The notes: generated by a model not told the origin, from the letters alone. Counted from the stretch's first letter, positions 1 to 10,126 are shown. The stretch: DNA of 64,000 nucleotides from Chitinophagaceae bacterium (GCA_947455605.1 CANGOX010000008.1:112-64111); one strand, 5' to 3'. Numbers and translations: made by a program.

Positions 1-2239
1 TATAAAGATCTTACCACAAACCTTCATCAAAAGAGTAGCCATTGATGCAAAAGCGGATGGTAAATTCAATATGGATGTTTACGCTGAAAAAATTGAAAAA
101 GGCGATCTGTTGATTGCACAGGTTAAAACTTTAACGGGCGAAAAAATCAATCTTCCCTTCTCATCAAAGGTTATGAGTGCCGGAGAAAAAATATCAATTT
201 CGCAATCATTCACCAAACCGCAAACATGGAATCCTGAGTTACCCAAATTGTATAAAGTAGAAATAAGTATTGTACGAAATGGCAAAACACTGCATACCAT
301 ACAGCAACGTTTTGGATTCAGAACCATTGAAGTAAGAAAAGGGGATGGCATCTATGTAAATAACACGAAAGTGATCCTCAAAGGTGTTGACCGTCATAGT
401 TTCTGGCCAGAAAGCGGTAGAACACTTAGCCGTGCTGTTCATTTAATGGACATCGGAATGATGAAGGATATGAATATGAATGCCGTGCGTATGTCGCATT
501 ACCCTCCTGATGTTGAATTTCTCGATCTATGTGATTCGCTCGGTTTATTTGTTTTAGATGAATTAACCGGCTGGCAAAAAAAATATGCAACTCCCGTTGG
601 TAAAAAATTAGTGAAAGAATTGGTTGTGAGAGATGTGAATCATCCTTCCATAATTTTCTGGGACAATGGTAATGAAGGCGGATGGAATACTGATCTTGAT
701 GACCAGTATGCTTTATACGACCCGCAACAAAGAACCGTATTGCATCCCTGGAATAATTTCAATAATGTTGATACCAAACATTATCCTGATTACAGTTATA
801 TAGAAAAAGCCGCTGAAAAGAATGATATACTCCTTCATACCGAAATGATCCATGGCTTATATGATGGGGGCCATGGTGCGGGATTGGAAGATTACTGGAA
901 CCTGATGCAAAAGAACCCTCGTCATGCCGGAGGCTTTTTATGGGTATTGGCCGATGAAGGCATTGTAAGAAAAGACCAGCACGACAGTATTGACACCTAC
1001 GGCAATAATGCCCCGGATGGAATTCTAGGACCGCATCGTGAAAAAGAAGGCAGCTTTTATACCATCAAAGAATTATGGTCGCCGGTACAGGTTAGCAAAC
1101 CGGCTTTTGATAAGGCAGGTGCCATCATGATGCCCATCGAGAATCATTATCATTATACCAATCTTTCTTCCTGCCGGTTTAACTGGCAGCTGATCCGTTA
1201 TGCTACGCCTTCTGAAAATAAAACAGGCCATACCATTCTTTCCTCCGGTAAAACTGGTGTTGAACTGGCACCCGGACAAAAAGGATCTGTTCGATTAGCA
1301 TTGCCTGCAGACTGGACAAAAGCCGATGCGCTGCAATTCAGTGCCACAGATATGTATGGTCGTTTACAGTATCAATGGACATGGCCCCTGATCACACCTG
1401 CCAATACCTTCCCGAAAGATATGTTAGCCGTAAAAAAAAGAACAGCCATACAATCGGATAGAATTACGGAGAAAGAAGCTAATCGCTATTCTGTTTTACA
1501 AAATAATATCGCCTATCATTTTAATACCGGAACAGGATTATTGGAACTGGTTGAGAAAGATGATAAAAAAATTCCTTTTGGAAACGGCCCGCTATTGGGT
1601 ACCGAAAAACTCACACTTGATCAATTTACGTATGGGGATGTAAGTGGCATGGATGGCCATACACATGTGGTAGAAGCTTCTTTCAAAGGAAAGAATTATT
1701 TGAAAGTGAAATGGATCTTTGGTTCAACCCCATTGGTAAAAATGGAATACAGTTATTCTCAAAAAGATTCTGCCGATTTTTATGGCATTACTTTCCATGT
1801 GGATGAATCTAAGATCACTGCTATGAAATGGCTAGGTGATGGCCCTTATCGTGTATGGAAAAATCGTTTAAAAGGTGCCAGTATTGATGTGTGGAGTAAG
1901 AAATACAATAATACCATCACCGGCGAAACTTTTGATTACCCTGAGTTCAAAGGATATCATGCCAATATGTATTGGGCTAAGATTGAGAATACGGTTTCTC
2001 CATTTACCATTTACTTTACTGAGCCAGGCACTTATTTACAGATCGGCAAACCGGAAAAACAAAAAACAAAATTCAATCCATTCGTGAACCCTGGTTTTCC
2101 TGATGGCAATCTGGGTTTTATGAATGCGATCCCTCCCATCGGTACAAAATTCAAAGGCGCACAAACCATGGGGCCACAAAGCCAGAAGAATGGGCCGGCA
2201 GAAAATATCAAAGGAAGTGTTTGGTTTGATTTCAGATAA
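1..2239 (+). CDS. Glycoside hydrolase family 2 (beta-galactosidase-like), 5'-truncated by the window edge
   Basis: The frame is open from nt 2 with no stop before the first ATG at 71. GH2 TIM-barrel signatures are present: VRMSHYPPD, FVLDELTGW, IIFWDNGNEGG. Long beta-sandwich C-terminal domains follow. Confidence 0.8.
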   Translation, partial: IKILPQTFIKRVAIDAKADGKFNMDVYAEKIEKGDLLIAQVKTLTGEKINLPFSSKVMSAGEKISISQSFTKPQTWNPELPKLYKVEISIVRNGKTLHTIQQRFGFRTIEVRKGDGIYVNNTKVILKGVDRHSFWPESGRTLSRAVHLMDIGMMKDMNMNAVRMSHYPPDVEFLDLCDSLGLFVLDELTGWQKKYATPVGKKLVKELVVRDVNHPSIIFWDNGNEGGWNTDLDDQYALYDPQQRTVLHPWNNFNNVDTKHYPDYSYIEKAAEKNDILLHTEMIHGLYDGGHGAGLEDYWNLMQKNPRHAGGFLWVLADEGIVRKDQHDSIDTYGNNAPDGILGPHREKEGSFYTIKELWSPVQVSKPAFDKAGAIMMPIENHYHYTNLSSCRFNWQLIRYATPSENKTGHTILSSGKTGVELAPGQKGSVRLALPADWTKADALQFSATDMYGRLQYQWTWPLITPANTFPKDMLAVKKRTAIQSDRITEKEANRYSVLQNNIAYHFNTGTGLLELVEKDDKKIPFGNGPLLGTEKLTLDQFTYGDVSGMDGHTHVVEASFKGKNYLKVKWIFGSTPLVKMEYSYSQKDSADFYGITFHVDESKITAMKWLGDGPYRVWKNRLKGASIDVWSKKYNNTITGETFDYPEFKGYHANMYWAKIENTVSPFTIYFTEPGTYLQIGKPEKQKTKFNPFVNPGFPDGNLGFMNAIPPIGTKFKGAQTMGPQSQKNGPAENIKGSVWFDFR

Positions 2240-2260
2240 ACCGATTCAAAAAATAATTAC

Positions 2261-2872
2261 ATGATCTATCAGTTCAAAGAATTCATACCCGTTGTACATG
2301 AATCTTCTTTTGTGCATCCGCAGGCAGCTGTTACAGGCAATGTGATCATTGGTAAAGATGTATATATCGGTCCGGGTGCTGCTATCCGTGGCGATTGGGG
2401 AGGGATCATTATCGAAGACGGTTGCAATGTGCAGGAAAACTGCACCATTCATATGTTCCCGGGTGTTACCGTTATCTTGAAAGAAGGGGCACATATCGGT
2501 CATGGAGCCATCATACATGGTGCCACTATCGGCAGGAATTGTTTGGTAGGCATGAATTGTGTGATCATGGACAATGTACAACTGGGAGATGAATGCGTGG
2601 TAGGTGCCCTCAGTTTTATTAAGGCTGACGCGATTTTCGAAAAGCGAAGCCTGATTGTAGGCAACCCCGCTAAAAAGATCAAAGAAGTAAGTGATGCAAT
2701 GATGGCATGGAAAACAGAAGGCTCTAAACTTTATCAATCCCTGCCCGCTGAAATGAAAATGCATTGGAAAGAAACAGATGCTTTAAGAGAGATTCCTGTT
2801 AACAGGGGTATCCAATCAAACCATTACCCAACCTGGCAGGAAACCAAAGAATCGCACAACAGATCACATTAA
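2261..2872 (+). CDS. PaaY/CaiE-type hexapeptide-repeat (gamma-carbonic-anhydrase-like) protein
   Basis: Left-handed beta-helix repeats and the His motif HIGHGAIIHG. Overall N-terminal similarity to PaaY (FVHPxA...GxVxIGxxVYxGP). Confidence 0.75.
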   Translation: MIYQFKEFIPVVHESSFVHPQAAVTGNVIIGKDVYIGPGAAIRGDWGGIIIEDGCNVQENCTIHMFPGVTVILKEGAHIGHGAIIHGATIGRNCLVGMNCVIMDNVQLGDECVVGALSFIKADAIFEKRSLIVGNPAKKIKEVSDAMMAWKTEGSKLYQSLPAEMKMHWKETDALREIPVNRGIQSNHYPTWQETKESHNRSH

Positions 2873-2937
2873 CGTACCTTTGCACAGATTTGCGAATTCG
2901 CCAATCCGAAATCCGCTAATCCGTTAATATAAAGAAC

Positions 2938-3939
2938 GTGTCAGAAAGAAACAACTTCATAGATTATATCCGCATTTTTGCCCGTAGCGGGCACGGCGGC
3001 GCCGGTGTTACCCATTTTATGCGTAATAAGCTTACGGCCATGGGCGGACCTGATGGCGGCGATGGTGGTCGTGGCGGACATATCATCCTCCGTGGTAACA
3101 GCAATCTCTGGACCTTATTACACCTGCGTTATTTCAAGAACGTATTGGCCGACAACGGCGAGAATGGCAGCAAGAACAATTGCACCGGCCGTGATGGAAA
3201 AGATATTTATATAGATGTGCCACTGGGTACGGTTGCACGCGATGAAGAAACCGGCGAGAAAGAAGTTGAGATCCTGGAAGAAGGACAGGAAGTTATATGG
3301 CTAAAAGGTGGCCGTGGCGGCTTGGGTAATAGCAATTTTGCCACCCCTACCAATCAGGTACCTGAGCATTCACAACCCGGTGAAGAAGGTTCTGAAGGCT
3401 GGAAAAATCTCGAATTAAAAGTATTGGCCGATGTGGGATTGGTAGGCTTCCCTAACGCGGGTAAATCTACTTTGCTGTCTGTGATCACCGCAGCAAAACC
3501 TAAGATCGCTAATTATGCTTTTACAACCATTGTTCCACAATTAGGTATGGTAGAATATCGTGATCAGAAATCTTTCTGTATCGCCGATCTTCCCGGCATC
3601 ATCGAAGGTGCAGCAGAAGGAAAAGGTTTGGGCCATCGTTTTTTACGCCATATAGAAAGAAATTCAATTCTCCTGTTTTTACTTCCCGCAGATAGTGCAG
3701 ACCATGGAAAAGAGTTTGAGATCCTTCGTAATGAACTTGAACAATACAATCCTGAGATGCTGCAAAAAGATTTCATCATTGCGATCAGTAAAAGCGATAT
3801 GCTCGATGATGAATTAAAAGAAGCGATCAGCAAAGAATTACCCAAAGGCATTCCGCATGTGTTCATTTCATCTCTTACTAATAGCGGATTAACAGAATTA
3901 AAAGATCTGCTCTGGCAAACATTAAATAAACCTGCTTAG
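2938..3939 (+). CDS. obg: GTPase Obg/CgtA
   Basis: GTG start. Gly-rich Obg fold ([16 protein letters not shown]), G1 [10 protein letters not shown]3 [10 protein letters not shown]4 ISKSD. Confidence 0.95.
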   Translation: MSERNNFIDYIRIFARSGHGGAGVTHFMRNKLTAMGGPDGGDGGRGGHIILRGNSNLWTLLHLRYFKNVLADNGENGSKNNCTGRDGKDIYIDVPLGTVARDEETGEKEVEILEEGQEVIWLKGGRGGLGNSNFATPTNQVPEHSQPGEEGSEGWKNLELKVLADVGLVGFPNAGKSTLLSVITAAKPKIANYAFTTIVPQLGMVEYRDQKSFCIADLPGIIEGAAEGKGLGHRFLRHIERNSILLFLLPADSADHGKEFEILRNELEQYNPEMLQKDFIIAISKSDMLDDELKEAISKELPKGIPHVFISSLTNSGLTELKDLLWQTLNKPA

Positions 3940-4318
3940 TGCATTCTTAGTGCAACTCTGTGAACCCTGCGTTTCTGTGTTGAAAATAAATACCGATGTT
4001 GAAGAAACTCATTTCCCTATAGAATCAATGTGGCAAAGCGTTACAGAATAATATAAACTAACGTTCGTTAACCAATTCAGTAACATTAGCTTAACATTGA
4101 TACCCGGGTTACCTTTCTTCAATACCGGTATTAAGTGTATACATACGGGTTTTTGATGTACATCTAAATTTGAATTTGCCAATTCATTCCACCGCTACGG
4201 TACCTGTATTATTCTTCTGATTGTTTCTTCCATGTAAAAAATCTTTTGCAAGCCTGATAGGCCATGTAATGCCCATTAGTTCTAAAATAAAATTTATTAA
4301 TCGTTAAAACAATTTATT

Positions 4319-4747
4319 ATGAAAATGCAATCTATCAACACAATCGCAAAAAGGTTTTTCTTAGGCAACTTGTTAGTAGCAGCCATGTTTATGTCTGCCA
4401 GCGCAGCAACTCCTGCTTCTAATAACAAACCTTATTCTGTGATTGATGCTAACAAAGCAGAAGTTAAGTACACCGGTATTGACAAGTACAACCAGTTAAC
4501 CTTTAACGTTAAATACAGCAACCCTTCAGGTAATACCTTTAACCTGGTTGTTCTTGACGAAAATGGTGATCAGTTGTTCAAAGGTTACTATGGTGACAAA
4601 CAATTTGACAAAACTTTCAAATTGCCTAAATCAGAAGTAAGCAAACTCACTTTCGTGATTGAAGATGGTAAAGATTCTCTGAAAGAGAAATTCGATATCA
4701 ATATCAAAACACGCACTTACGAAGACGTGATCGTTAGCAAAGGATAA
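4319..4747 (+). CDS. Secreted hypothetical protein (signal peptide, beta-rich)
   Basis: N-terminal hydrophobic signal (LLVAAMFMSASAA). Preceded by about 380 nt of non-coding DNA and followed by a canonical terminator. No recognisable domain. Confidence 0.6.
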   Translation: MKMQSINTIAKRFFLGNLLVAAMFMSASAATPASNNKPYSVIDANKAEVKYTGIDKYNQLTFNVKYSNPSGNTFNLVVLDENGDQLFKGYYGDKQFDKTFKLPKSEVSKLTFVIEDGKDSLKEKFDINIKTRTYEDVIVSKG

Positions 4748-4776
4748 TTTCCGCTCAAACTAAAACTATGATGATG

Positions 4777-4807
4777 CACCGCTCCTGAAAAGGAGCGGTG
4801 TTTTTTT
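4777..4807 (+). terminator. Rho-independent terminator
   Basis: 9-bp GC stem caccgctcc/ggagcggtg (4777-4785 / 4792-4800), a 6-nt loop, then T7 (4801-4807). Confidence 0.85.
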
Positions 4808-4830
4808 GTGCAGTTGAGAGACAAAATTTC

Positions 4831-4856
4831 ACGCAAAGGCGCAAAGGCGCAGTTTG
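4831..4856. repeat. Stutter repeat, GCAAAGGCGC word family
   Basis: acGCAAAGGCGCAAAGGCGCAGttt. The same word occurs at 7127-7176, 8901-8929, 16477-16526 and 28789-28841. Confidence 0.7.
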
Positions 4857-4959
4857 GTTTCGATAGGATAGCATCTCTCAAAGAATGCAAGCATTCCAAA
4901 TGCACAGGGTGTTGAAATGAGGGTATTATTTTTTGAGATAAGAAAGATAATTTCAGGGT

Positions 4960-5151
4960 ATGCAATCCCAACCCTGCTTATTCTGCGGCCATACTGTACA
5001 ATTGGTTCATGTACATGGTCATTACCAGTGCCCGGTTTGTTTTACCAATGCCTTGCCTTGCTGTGATGGAGATAATTGCAGTACCAACCATTTATTACAG
5101 AATACCGAACAAGAAAAAAGCCATCCTGAGATGAATCAGAATGGCTCTTAA
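4960..5151 (+). CDS. Possible small zinc-ribbon protein (63 aa)
   Basis: CxxC-x14-CxxC (C6/C9, C24/C27) plus a CCDGDNC cluster. Converges on the typA stop 20 nt away. No family recognised. Confidence 0.35.
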   Translation: MQSQPCLFCGHTVQLVHVHGHYQCPVCFTNALPCCDGDNCSTNHLLQNTEQEKSHPEMNQNGS

Positions 5152-5171
5152 TGTATTTTGAAAGGTTCAGC

Positions 5172-6989
5172 TTATCCGCCTACTGCTTCACTTTGCATGC
5201 TCTTGCTGCTCTTCTTACGCTCATCTTCATTCAACACCACTTTACGCATACGGATGTTCTTAGGGGTTACCTCAATACACTCATCCTGCTGAATGTACTC
5301 CATACATTCTTCCAGGGTGAACTGTAATTTAGGAACGATCCTTACTGCATCATCACTTCCGCTTGCACGGTGGTTGGTGAGCTTTTTCATTTCCACCGCA
5401 TTTACCAGCAGGTCACCCGGCTTAATATGCTCGGCAATGATCTGGCCTACATAAACTTCATCACCCGGATCAACAAAGAAACTACCTCTGTCTTGCAGTT
5501 TATCAATAGAATAAGCTGTTGTAGTACCGCCAAACTTAGCGATCAACACACCATTGCTTCGTCCCGGAATAGGGCCTTTCCATGGTTTATAATCGATAAA
5601 ACGGTGTGCCATTACAGCTTCACCGGCTGTGTTTGTTAACATCTGAGAACGCAGACCGATCAATCCTCTTGAAGGAATTTCAAATTCAAGGTGCTGCATC
5701 TCGCCTTTGCTTTCCATGATCTGCATTTCACCTTTACGCTGGGTAACCAGGTCAATAACTTTTCCGCTGAAATCTGCAGGAACGTCTACTACCAGGTTCT
5801 CATATGGCTCATGCTTCTTACCATCTATGGTCTTCACCAATACCTGTGGATTACCCACGGTAAGCTCATACCCTTCACGACGCATGGTCTCAACCAGGAT
5901 ACCGAGGTGGAGAATACCACGACCGAATACCAGGAAGCTATCTGCACTGTCTGTATCTTCTACTCGTAAGGCAAGGTTCTTTTCCGTTTCCTTCATCAAA
6001 CGGTCACGCAGGTGACGTGAGGTTACAAACTTACCATCCTTACCAAAGAAGGGTGAGTTGTTAATGCTGAAGGTCATACTCATGGTTGGCTCATCCACAC
6101 TGATGATCGGTAATCCTTCCGGATTCTCGATATCTGCAATGGTATCACCAATATTAAAATCGTCTAAGCCTACTACTGCGCAAAGATCGCCGGCAATTAC
6201 TTCGGCTACTTTACGTTTGCCCATTCCTTCAAACACATACAGTTCTTTTACCTTACTTCTTTTGAAAGTGCCATCACCCTGAACCAATGCAATGGTTTGG
6301 CCTTCTTTCAATACACCGCGGTGTACTTTACCAATGGCTATACGGCCTAGGAAAGAGGAGTAATCCAAAGAAGTGATCTGCATCTGAACAGGTCCTTCAT
6401 TAATTTTTGGAGGCGGAACATGTTTAATGATACCATCCATCAAAGGAAGGATATCTTCTGTTTGGGTAAGGCTATCGTTGAACCAGCCATTCTTTCCGCT
6501 ACCGTAATAAGTAGGGAAGTTGAGCTGTTCTTCCGTTGCATCAAGGTTAAAGAAGAGTTCGAAAACCGCATCGTGCACTTCATCAGGGCGACAGTTAGGT
6601 TTATCTACTTTATTGATCACAACGATCGGGTGCAGGTTCAGGTGTAAAGCTTTCTGTAATACAAAACGGGTTTGCGGCATTGGCCCTTCAAAGGCATCTA
6701 CCAGCAAAATAACCCCGTCGGCCATTTTCAGTACGCGTTCCACTTCACCGCCAAAATCACTGTGGCCCGGTGTATCAATTACATTAATTTTTACTCCGTT
6801 ATAGGTAACAGCAGCATTCTTACTGAAGATGGTAATACCACGCTCTCTTTCAAGGTCGTTGCTATCCATAATCAAATCTCCGGTATCCTGGTTATCCCTG
6901 AATACTTTGGTAGTTTGTAAGATCCTGTCTACCAATGTTGTCTTGCCATGGTCAACGTGTGCGATAATGGCAATATTTCTTATTTCCAT
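5172..6989 (-). CDS. typA: Translational GTPase TypA/BipA
   Basis: AIIAHVDHGKTTLVD, DTPGHSDF, NKVD. EF-G-like domain order and 605 aa length. Confidence 0.95.
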   Translation of the reverse strand: MEIRNIAIIAHVDHGKTTLVDRILQTTKVFRDNQDTGDLIMDSNDLERERGITIFSKNAAVTYNGVKINVIDTPGHSDFGGEVERVLKMADGVILLVDAFEGPMPQTRFVLQKALHLNLHPIVVINKVDKPNCRPDEVHDAVFELFFNLDATEEQLNFPTYYGSGKNGWFNDSLTQTEDILPLMDGIIKHVPPPKINEGPVQMQITSLDYSSFLGRIAIGKVHRGVLKEGQTIALVQGDGTFKRSKVKELYVFEGMGKRKVAEVIAGDLCAVVGLDDFNIGDTIADIENPEGLPIISVDEPTMSMTFSINNSPFFGKDGKFVTSRHLRDRLMKETEKNLALRVEDTDSADSFLVFGRGILHLGILVETMRREGYELTVGNPQVLVKTIDGKKHEPYENLVVDVPADFSGKVIDLVTQRKGEMQIMESKGEMQHLEFEIPSRGLIGLRSQMLTNTAGEAVMAHRFIDYKPWKGPIPGRSNGVLIAKFGGTTTAYSIDKLQDRGSFFVDPGDEVYVGQIIAEHIKPGDLLVNAVEMKKLTNHRASGSDDAVRIVPKLQFTLEECMEYIQQDECIEVTPKNIRMRKVVLNEDERKKSSKSMQSEAVGG

Positions 6990-7077
6990 GTAAATTTTTA
7001 AGGCTGCAAAGGTACGGCTTTACAGCCGGAGGGCAAAGAGTTAACATAAATATGACATAAGGTGCTGTTTTACAGCA

Positions 7078-7110
7078 GTTTGGAGTCTGGAGTTGGGAGT
7101 CTGGAGTTGA
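7078..7110. repeat. Stutter repeat, GGAGTCTGGAGT word family (outer left arm of a nested structure)
   Basis: gtttGGAGTCTGGAGTtgGGAGTCTGGAGTtga. Confidence 0.75.
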
Positions 7111-7126
7111 TTCCCCGCAAAAAACT

Positions 7127-7176
7127 GCGCCTTTGCACCTTTGCGAGCAAATTTTTACGCAAAGAGGCAAAGGCGC
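7127..7176. repeat. Hairpin from the GCAAAGGCGC word family (inner element of a nested structure)
   Basis: gcgcctttgcacctttgcg (7127-7145) pairs with cgcaaagaggcaaaggcgc (7158-7176). 19-nt arms, about 2 mismatches, 12-nt loop. Confidence 0.8.
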
Positions 7177-7222
7177 TATTTAATAGAGAATTTTGGTAAC
7201 TAAAAACCAATCAACCCCTAAC

Positions 7223-7281
7223 AACTCCAAACCCCAAACCCCAAACCCCAAACCACAACCCCCAAACCTCAAACCCTCAAG
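7223..7281. repeat. CCCAAA/ACTCCAAA stutter run (outer right arm), overlapping the stop codon of the downstream gene
   Basis: aactccaaaccccaaaccccaaaccccaaaccacaacccccaaacctcaaaccctcaag. Complementary in word content to 7078-7110 and 63265-63294. Confidence 0.75.
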
Positions 7282-8387
7282 TAGATCTTCTTCTTATCCA
7301 TCCAATACCCCACACTCCAACAAAGCAGCATATAACAAACAGCAAACAACAAAGAGCTCCAGTAATCACCCACATGGTTGAAAACATTTTGATGGATCCA
7401 GCTGAACAGACTCTGGTCGCCGATCTCGATCAGATTCAAAACCGTTACCAATAATTCTGAGAGAAGGTATACCGAAAGTGGATTTTTACCCACCACTTCA
7501 AAAAAACCGGCCCATTTGGTTTTGTGTTGCATATCTATCAGGTAGATCACAGCGCCGAGGATCATGCAGTCCAGACCTACTGTTTGCAGTACAAAAGAAC
7601 TGGTCCATAATTTCTTATTGATCGGGAAGATGAAATTCCAGAAATAGGCAATGATCACCAATACAAAACCTGCTAGTATGAGTTTGGTAATACCTTCATA
7701 ACTCTTTCCGTTTTTCTGTACATGCATTCCCACCAGGTAGCCTGCAGTAACATTCACGATTGCCGGCAAGGTACTTAACCAGCCTTCAGGATCAAAAGCC
7801 ACACCTTCACCATGATACATATGATTTTCGCCCATCAGCCAAACATCAAATTTATATCCTGCATTGCCGATCATACTCAATGGATCACTCGGGTCTCCAT
7901 ACCCGTAACACAATCCCCAATACAATAACAATAATCCAACACTGATCACAATTACCGCTTTTCTTTTCAGGAAATAGGTAAGCAGCGATGCAAAACAATA
8001 ACAAAGGGCGATGCGTTGTAATACCCCCAGAATTCTTGTATGCGAGAGAGGCGACAAAGCCCAATGTCCATCGTCATTATTCACGAACGGGAACCAGTAC
8101 ATGAGAAAACCCAATAAAAAAATGAGCGCTGTACGCTTGAATATTTTACCCAGTACTTCTGTTGTTGTTTTCTGCTCCCATTTTCGCATTACAAAACTCA
8201 TGGCATTACCTACCGCAAATAAAAACGAAGGAAATACCAGGTCTGTTGGTGTGAAGCCGTTCCAGTGTGCATGGTGCAGCGGGGCGAATGTAAGTGCGCC
8301 ATCACCGGGTGTGTTTACGATGATCATCAAACAGATCGTGAGTCCGCGAAAAACATCGAGGGCAAGGAATCGTTGGTTGGCAGTCAT
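7269..8387 (-). CDS. DUF5009/DUF1624 acyltransferase-family membrane protein (heparan-alpha-glucosaminide N-acetyltransferase-like)
   Basis: N-terminal LALDVFRGLTICLMIIVNTPG motif and about 10 hydrophobic helices. Confidence 0.75.
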   Translation of the reverse strand: MTANQRFLALDVFRGLTICLMIIVNTPGDGALTFAPLHHAHWNGFTPTDLVFPSFLFAVGNAMSFVMRKWEQKTTTEVLGKIFKRTALIFLLGFLMYWFPFVNNDDGHWALSPLSHTRILGVLQRIALCYCFASLLTYFLKRKAVIVISVGLLLLYWGLCYGYGDPSDPLSMIGNAGYKFDVWLMGENHMYHGEGVAFDPEGWLSTLPAIVNVTAGYLVGMHVQKNGKSYEGITKLILAGFVLVIIAYFWNFIFPINKKLWTSSFVLQTVGLDCMILGAVIYLIDMQHKTKWAGFFEVVGKNPLSVYLLSELLVTVLNLIEIGDQSLFSWIHQNVFNHVGDYWSSLLFAVCYMLLCWSVGYWMDKKKIYLRV

Positions 8388-8420
8388 ATCAGTTGTTTTG
8401 GGTGTACCGAATATAAATAA

Positions 8421-8511
8421 ATTAGCGGATTTGCAGATGACGGATTGGCGTATTGAACTCTTTTGCCCCAGATTTACCTGGCTTTCTGATCATGAATCTG
8501 CGAATCTGCGC
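8421..8511. repeat. Stutter repeats (GCGGATT family, then GAATCTGC x2)
   Basis: attaGCGGATTtgcagatgaCGGATTggcg (8421-8450) and tGAATCTGCGAATCTGCGc (8493-8511), in a divergent promoter gap. Confidence 0.6.
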
Positions 8512-8532
8512 AAAAAAAACCTACATTAAAGT

Positions 8533-8898
8533 ATGAAAAGAATTTTGCTCTATCTGCAAACTGTATTCTATGTATTTGCCGGCACCAATCATTTTCGGAA
8601 TCCACATTTTTATGATGGACTGATCCCGCCTTATCTTCCATCGCATGAGCTGCTGAATACGATGGCAGGTATTGCCGAAATCATTTTTGGTATCGGTTTG
8701 TTTTTCCCGGCTTCACGGAAATGGGCCGCATGGGGAATTATATTTTTGCTGGCCGCCTTTATTCCGGTGCATATTTATTTTATACAGATAGGGAGTTGTA
8801 TACCCGGCGGACTCTGTGTTCCGCAATGGGTAGGCTGGGTAAGGTTGATTGTGTTACACCCTCTATTAATAGCATGGGCGTGGTGGTGCAGGAAGTAA
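8533..8898 (+). CDS. DoxX-like small membrane protein
   Basis: 121 aa with 4 hydrophobic helices and a FAGTNHF motif. Family assignment is from memory. Confidence 0.55.
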   Translation: MKRILLYLQTVFYVFAGTNHFRNPHFYDGLIPPYLPSHELLNTMAGIAEIIFGIGLFFPASRKWAAWGIIFLLAAFIPVHIYFIQIGSCIPGGLCVPQWVGWVRLIVLHPLLIAWAWWCRK

Positions 8899-8900
8899 AA

Positions 8901-8929
8901 TTGCACGCTAAGGCGCAAGGGCGTAGTTT
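8901..8929. repeat. Stutter repeat, degenerate GCAAAGGCGC family
   Basis: ttgcacgctaaggcgcaagggcgtagttt, immediately after a stop codon. Confidence 0.5.
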
Positions 8930-9041
8930 ATTTTACCGCGCCGCTGCGTGAACCTTAATCTATCATTAAAAAAACCAGCTATTTACAGGAGCGGCAGATA
9001 CTGCCTCAAAATAATCAGTAGTTTTAAACAAAGCTTCAGCC

Positions 9042-10040
9042 ATGCGTTTTCTGATAAGATTGTTTGCCGTATTACTTGTATTGGTCATTGTTTATCTGTT
9101 TGGCCCCCACCCTGCCACACCTGTTTACGACCAGGTAGTTCCGGTTGTTCCTGCAGCAGCGGCTACCCTTGAAAAGTATATAGCTGATCAGGAATCAAAA
9201 CACAAGATCAAACCCGATAATGAGGCAAGGATCGTTTGGGCAAACGATTCAAGTAAACAAAAAACAGAATATGCCATTGTGTACCTGCATGGTTTCAGCG
9301 CCTGCCAGGAAGAAGGCGACCCGGTACATAGAAACCTGGCTAAACAATTTGGATGTAATCTCTATTTGTCTAGGTTATCTCAACACGGTATTGATACATC
9401 GGATGCATTGGCAAACATGACCGCAGATAATCTCTGGGAATCAGCCAAAGAAGCCTATGCCATCGGTAAACAATTAGGCAATAAAGTGATATTGATGGGC
9501 ACTTCTACAGGCGGCACACTGGCTTTACAACTCGCAGCCGCATATCCCGAAGTAGCCGGATTGGTTTTACTCTCTCCCAATATTGCCATCAATGACCGCA
9601 ATGCCTGGTTATTGAATAACCCCTGGGGATTGCAGATCGCTCGATTGGTGAAAGGATCTGAATTCAACATCATTAAAAAAGATAACCCTGAGTACAAAAA
9701 ATACTGGAACGATAAATACCGCCTGGAAGCTACGGTACAACTGGAAGAATTGTTAGAGACCACTATGACCAATACCCATTTCGCCAAAATAAAACAACCC
9801 ACATTGGTCTTGTATTATTATAAGGATGAAATGCACCAGGACCCCGTTGTAAAAGTTTCTGCCATGAAAGATATGTTTGCCCATTTAGGAACACCGGAAG
9901 AACAGAAAAAAATGATACCGATACCCGAAGCCGGCAACCACGTATTAGGCTCTCCTATTCAATCAAAAGATATTATTACGGTTGAAAAAGAAGGGGTAGC
10001 ATTTATGAAAGAAACGCTTCATATGACAGCGGTTAAGTGA
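9042..10040 (+). CDS. Alpha/beta hydrolase (esterase/lipase-like), N-terminal membrane anchor or signal
   Basis: VYLHGFSA oxyanion region and nucleophile elbow GTSTGG. Confidence 0.75.
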   Translation: MRFLIRLFAVLLVLVIVYLFGPHPATPVYDQVVPVVPAAAATLEKYIADQESKHKIKPDNEARIVWANDSSKQKTEYAIVYLHGFSACQEEGDPVHRNLAKQFGCNLYLSRLSQHGIDTSDALANMTADNLWESAKEAYAIGKQLGNKVILMGTSTGGTLALQLAAAYPEVAGLVLLSPNIAINDRNAWLLNNPWGLQIARLVKGSEFNIIKKDNPEYKKYWNDKYRLEATVQLEELLETTMTNTHFAKIKQPTLVLYYYKDEMHQDPVVKVSAMKDMFAHLGTPEEQKKMIPIPEAGNHVLGSPIQSKDIITVEKEGVAFMKETLHMTAVK

Positions 10041-10050
10041 GAAGTCAGCA

Positions 10051-10126
10051 GTTAGGAGTCTGGAGTAAAAAACAGTGGTTTTGTACTGCAATATCTACTC
10101 CAGACTCCTAACTCCAGACTCCAAAC
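10051..10126. repeat. Stutter palindrome, GGAGTCTGGAGT family; probable terminator
   Basis: gttaggagtctggagt (10051-10066) pairs 16/16 with actccagactcctaac (10097-10112). 30-nt loop and an extra tccagactccaaac unit. Confidence 0.85.

Noticed and set aside
7193-7381. 62-aa + strand ORF (PNPKPQPPNLKP...).
   Set aside because: It is a translation of the CCCAAA stutter repeat and of the antisense strand of the acyltransferase gene. This is a low-complexity artefact.
8011-8529. 172-aa + strand ORF.
   Set aside because: It is almost entirely antisense to the strongly supported DUF5009 membrane-protein gene, and its 3' part crosses the stutter repeats. The same reasoning applies to the many 60-120-aa antisense ORFs inside typA, fabH, korB, the acyl-CoA dehydrogenase gene, coxI, actB and others.
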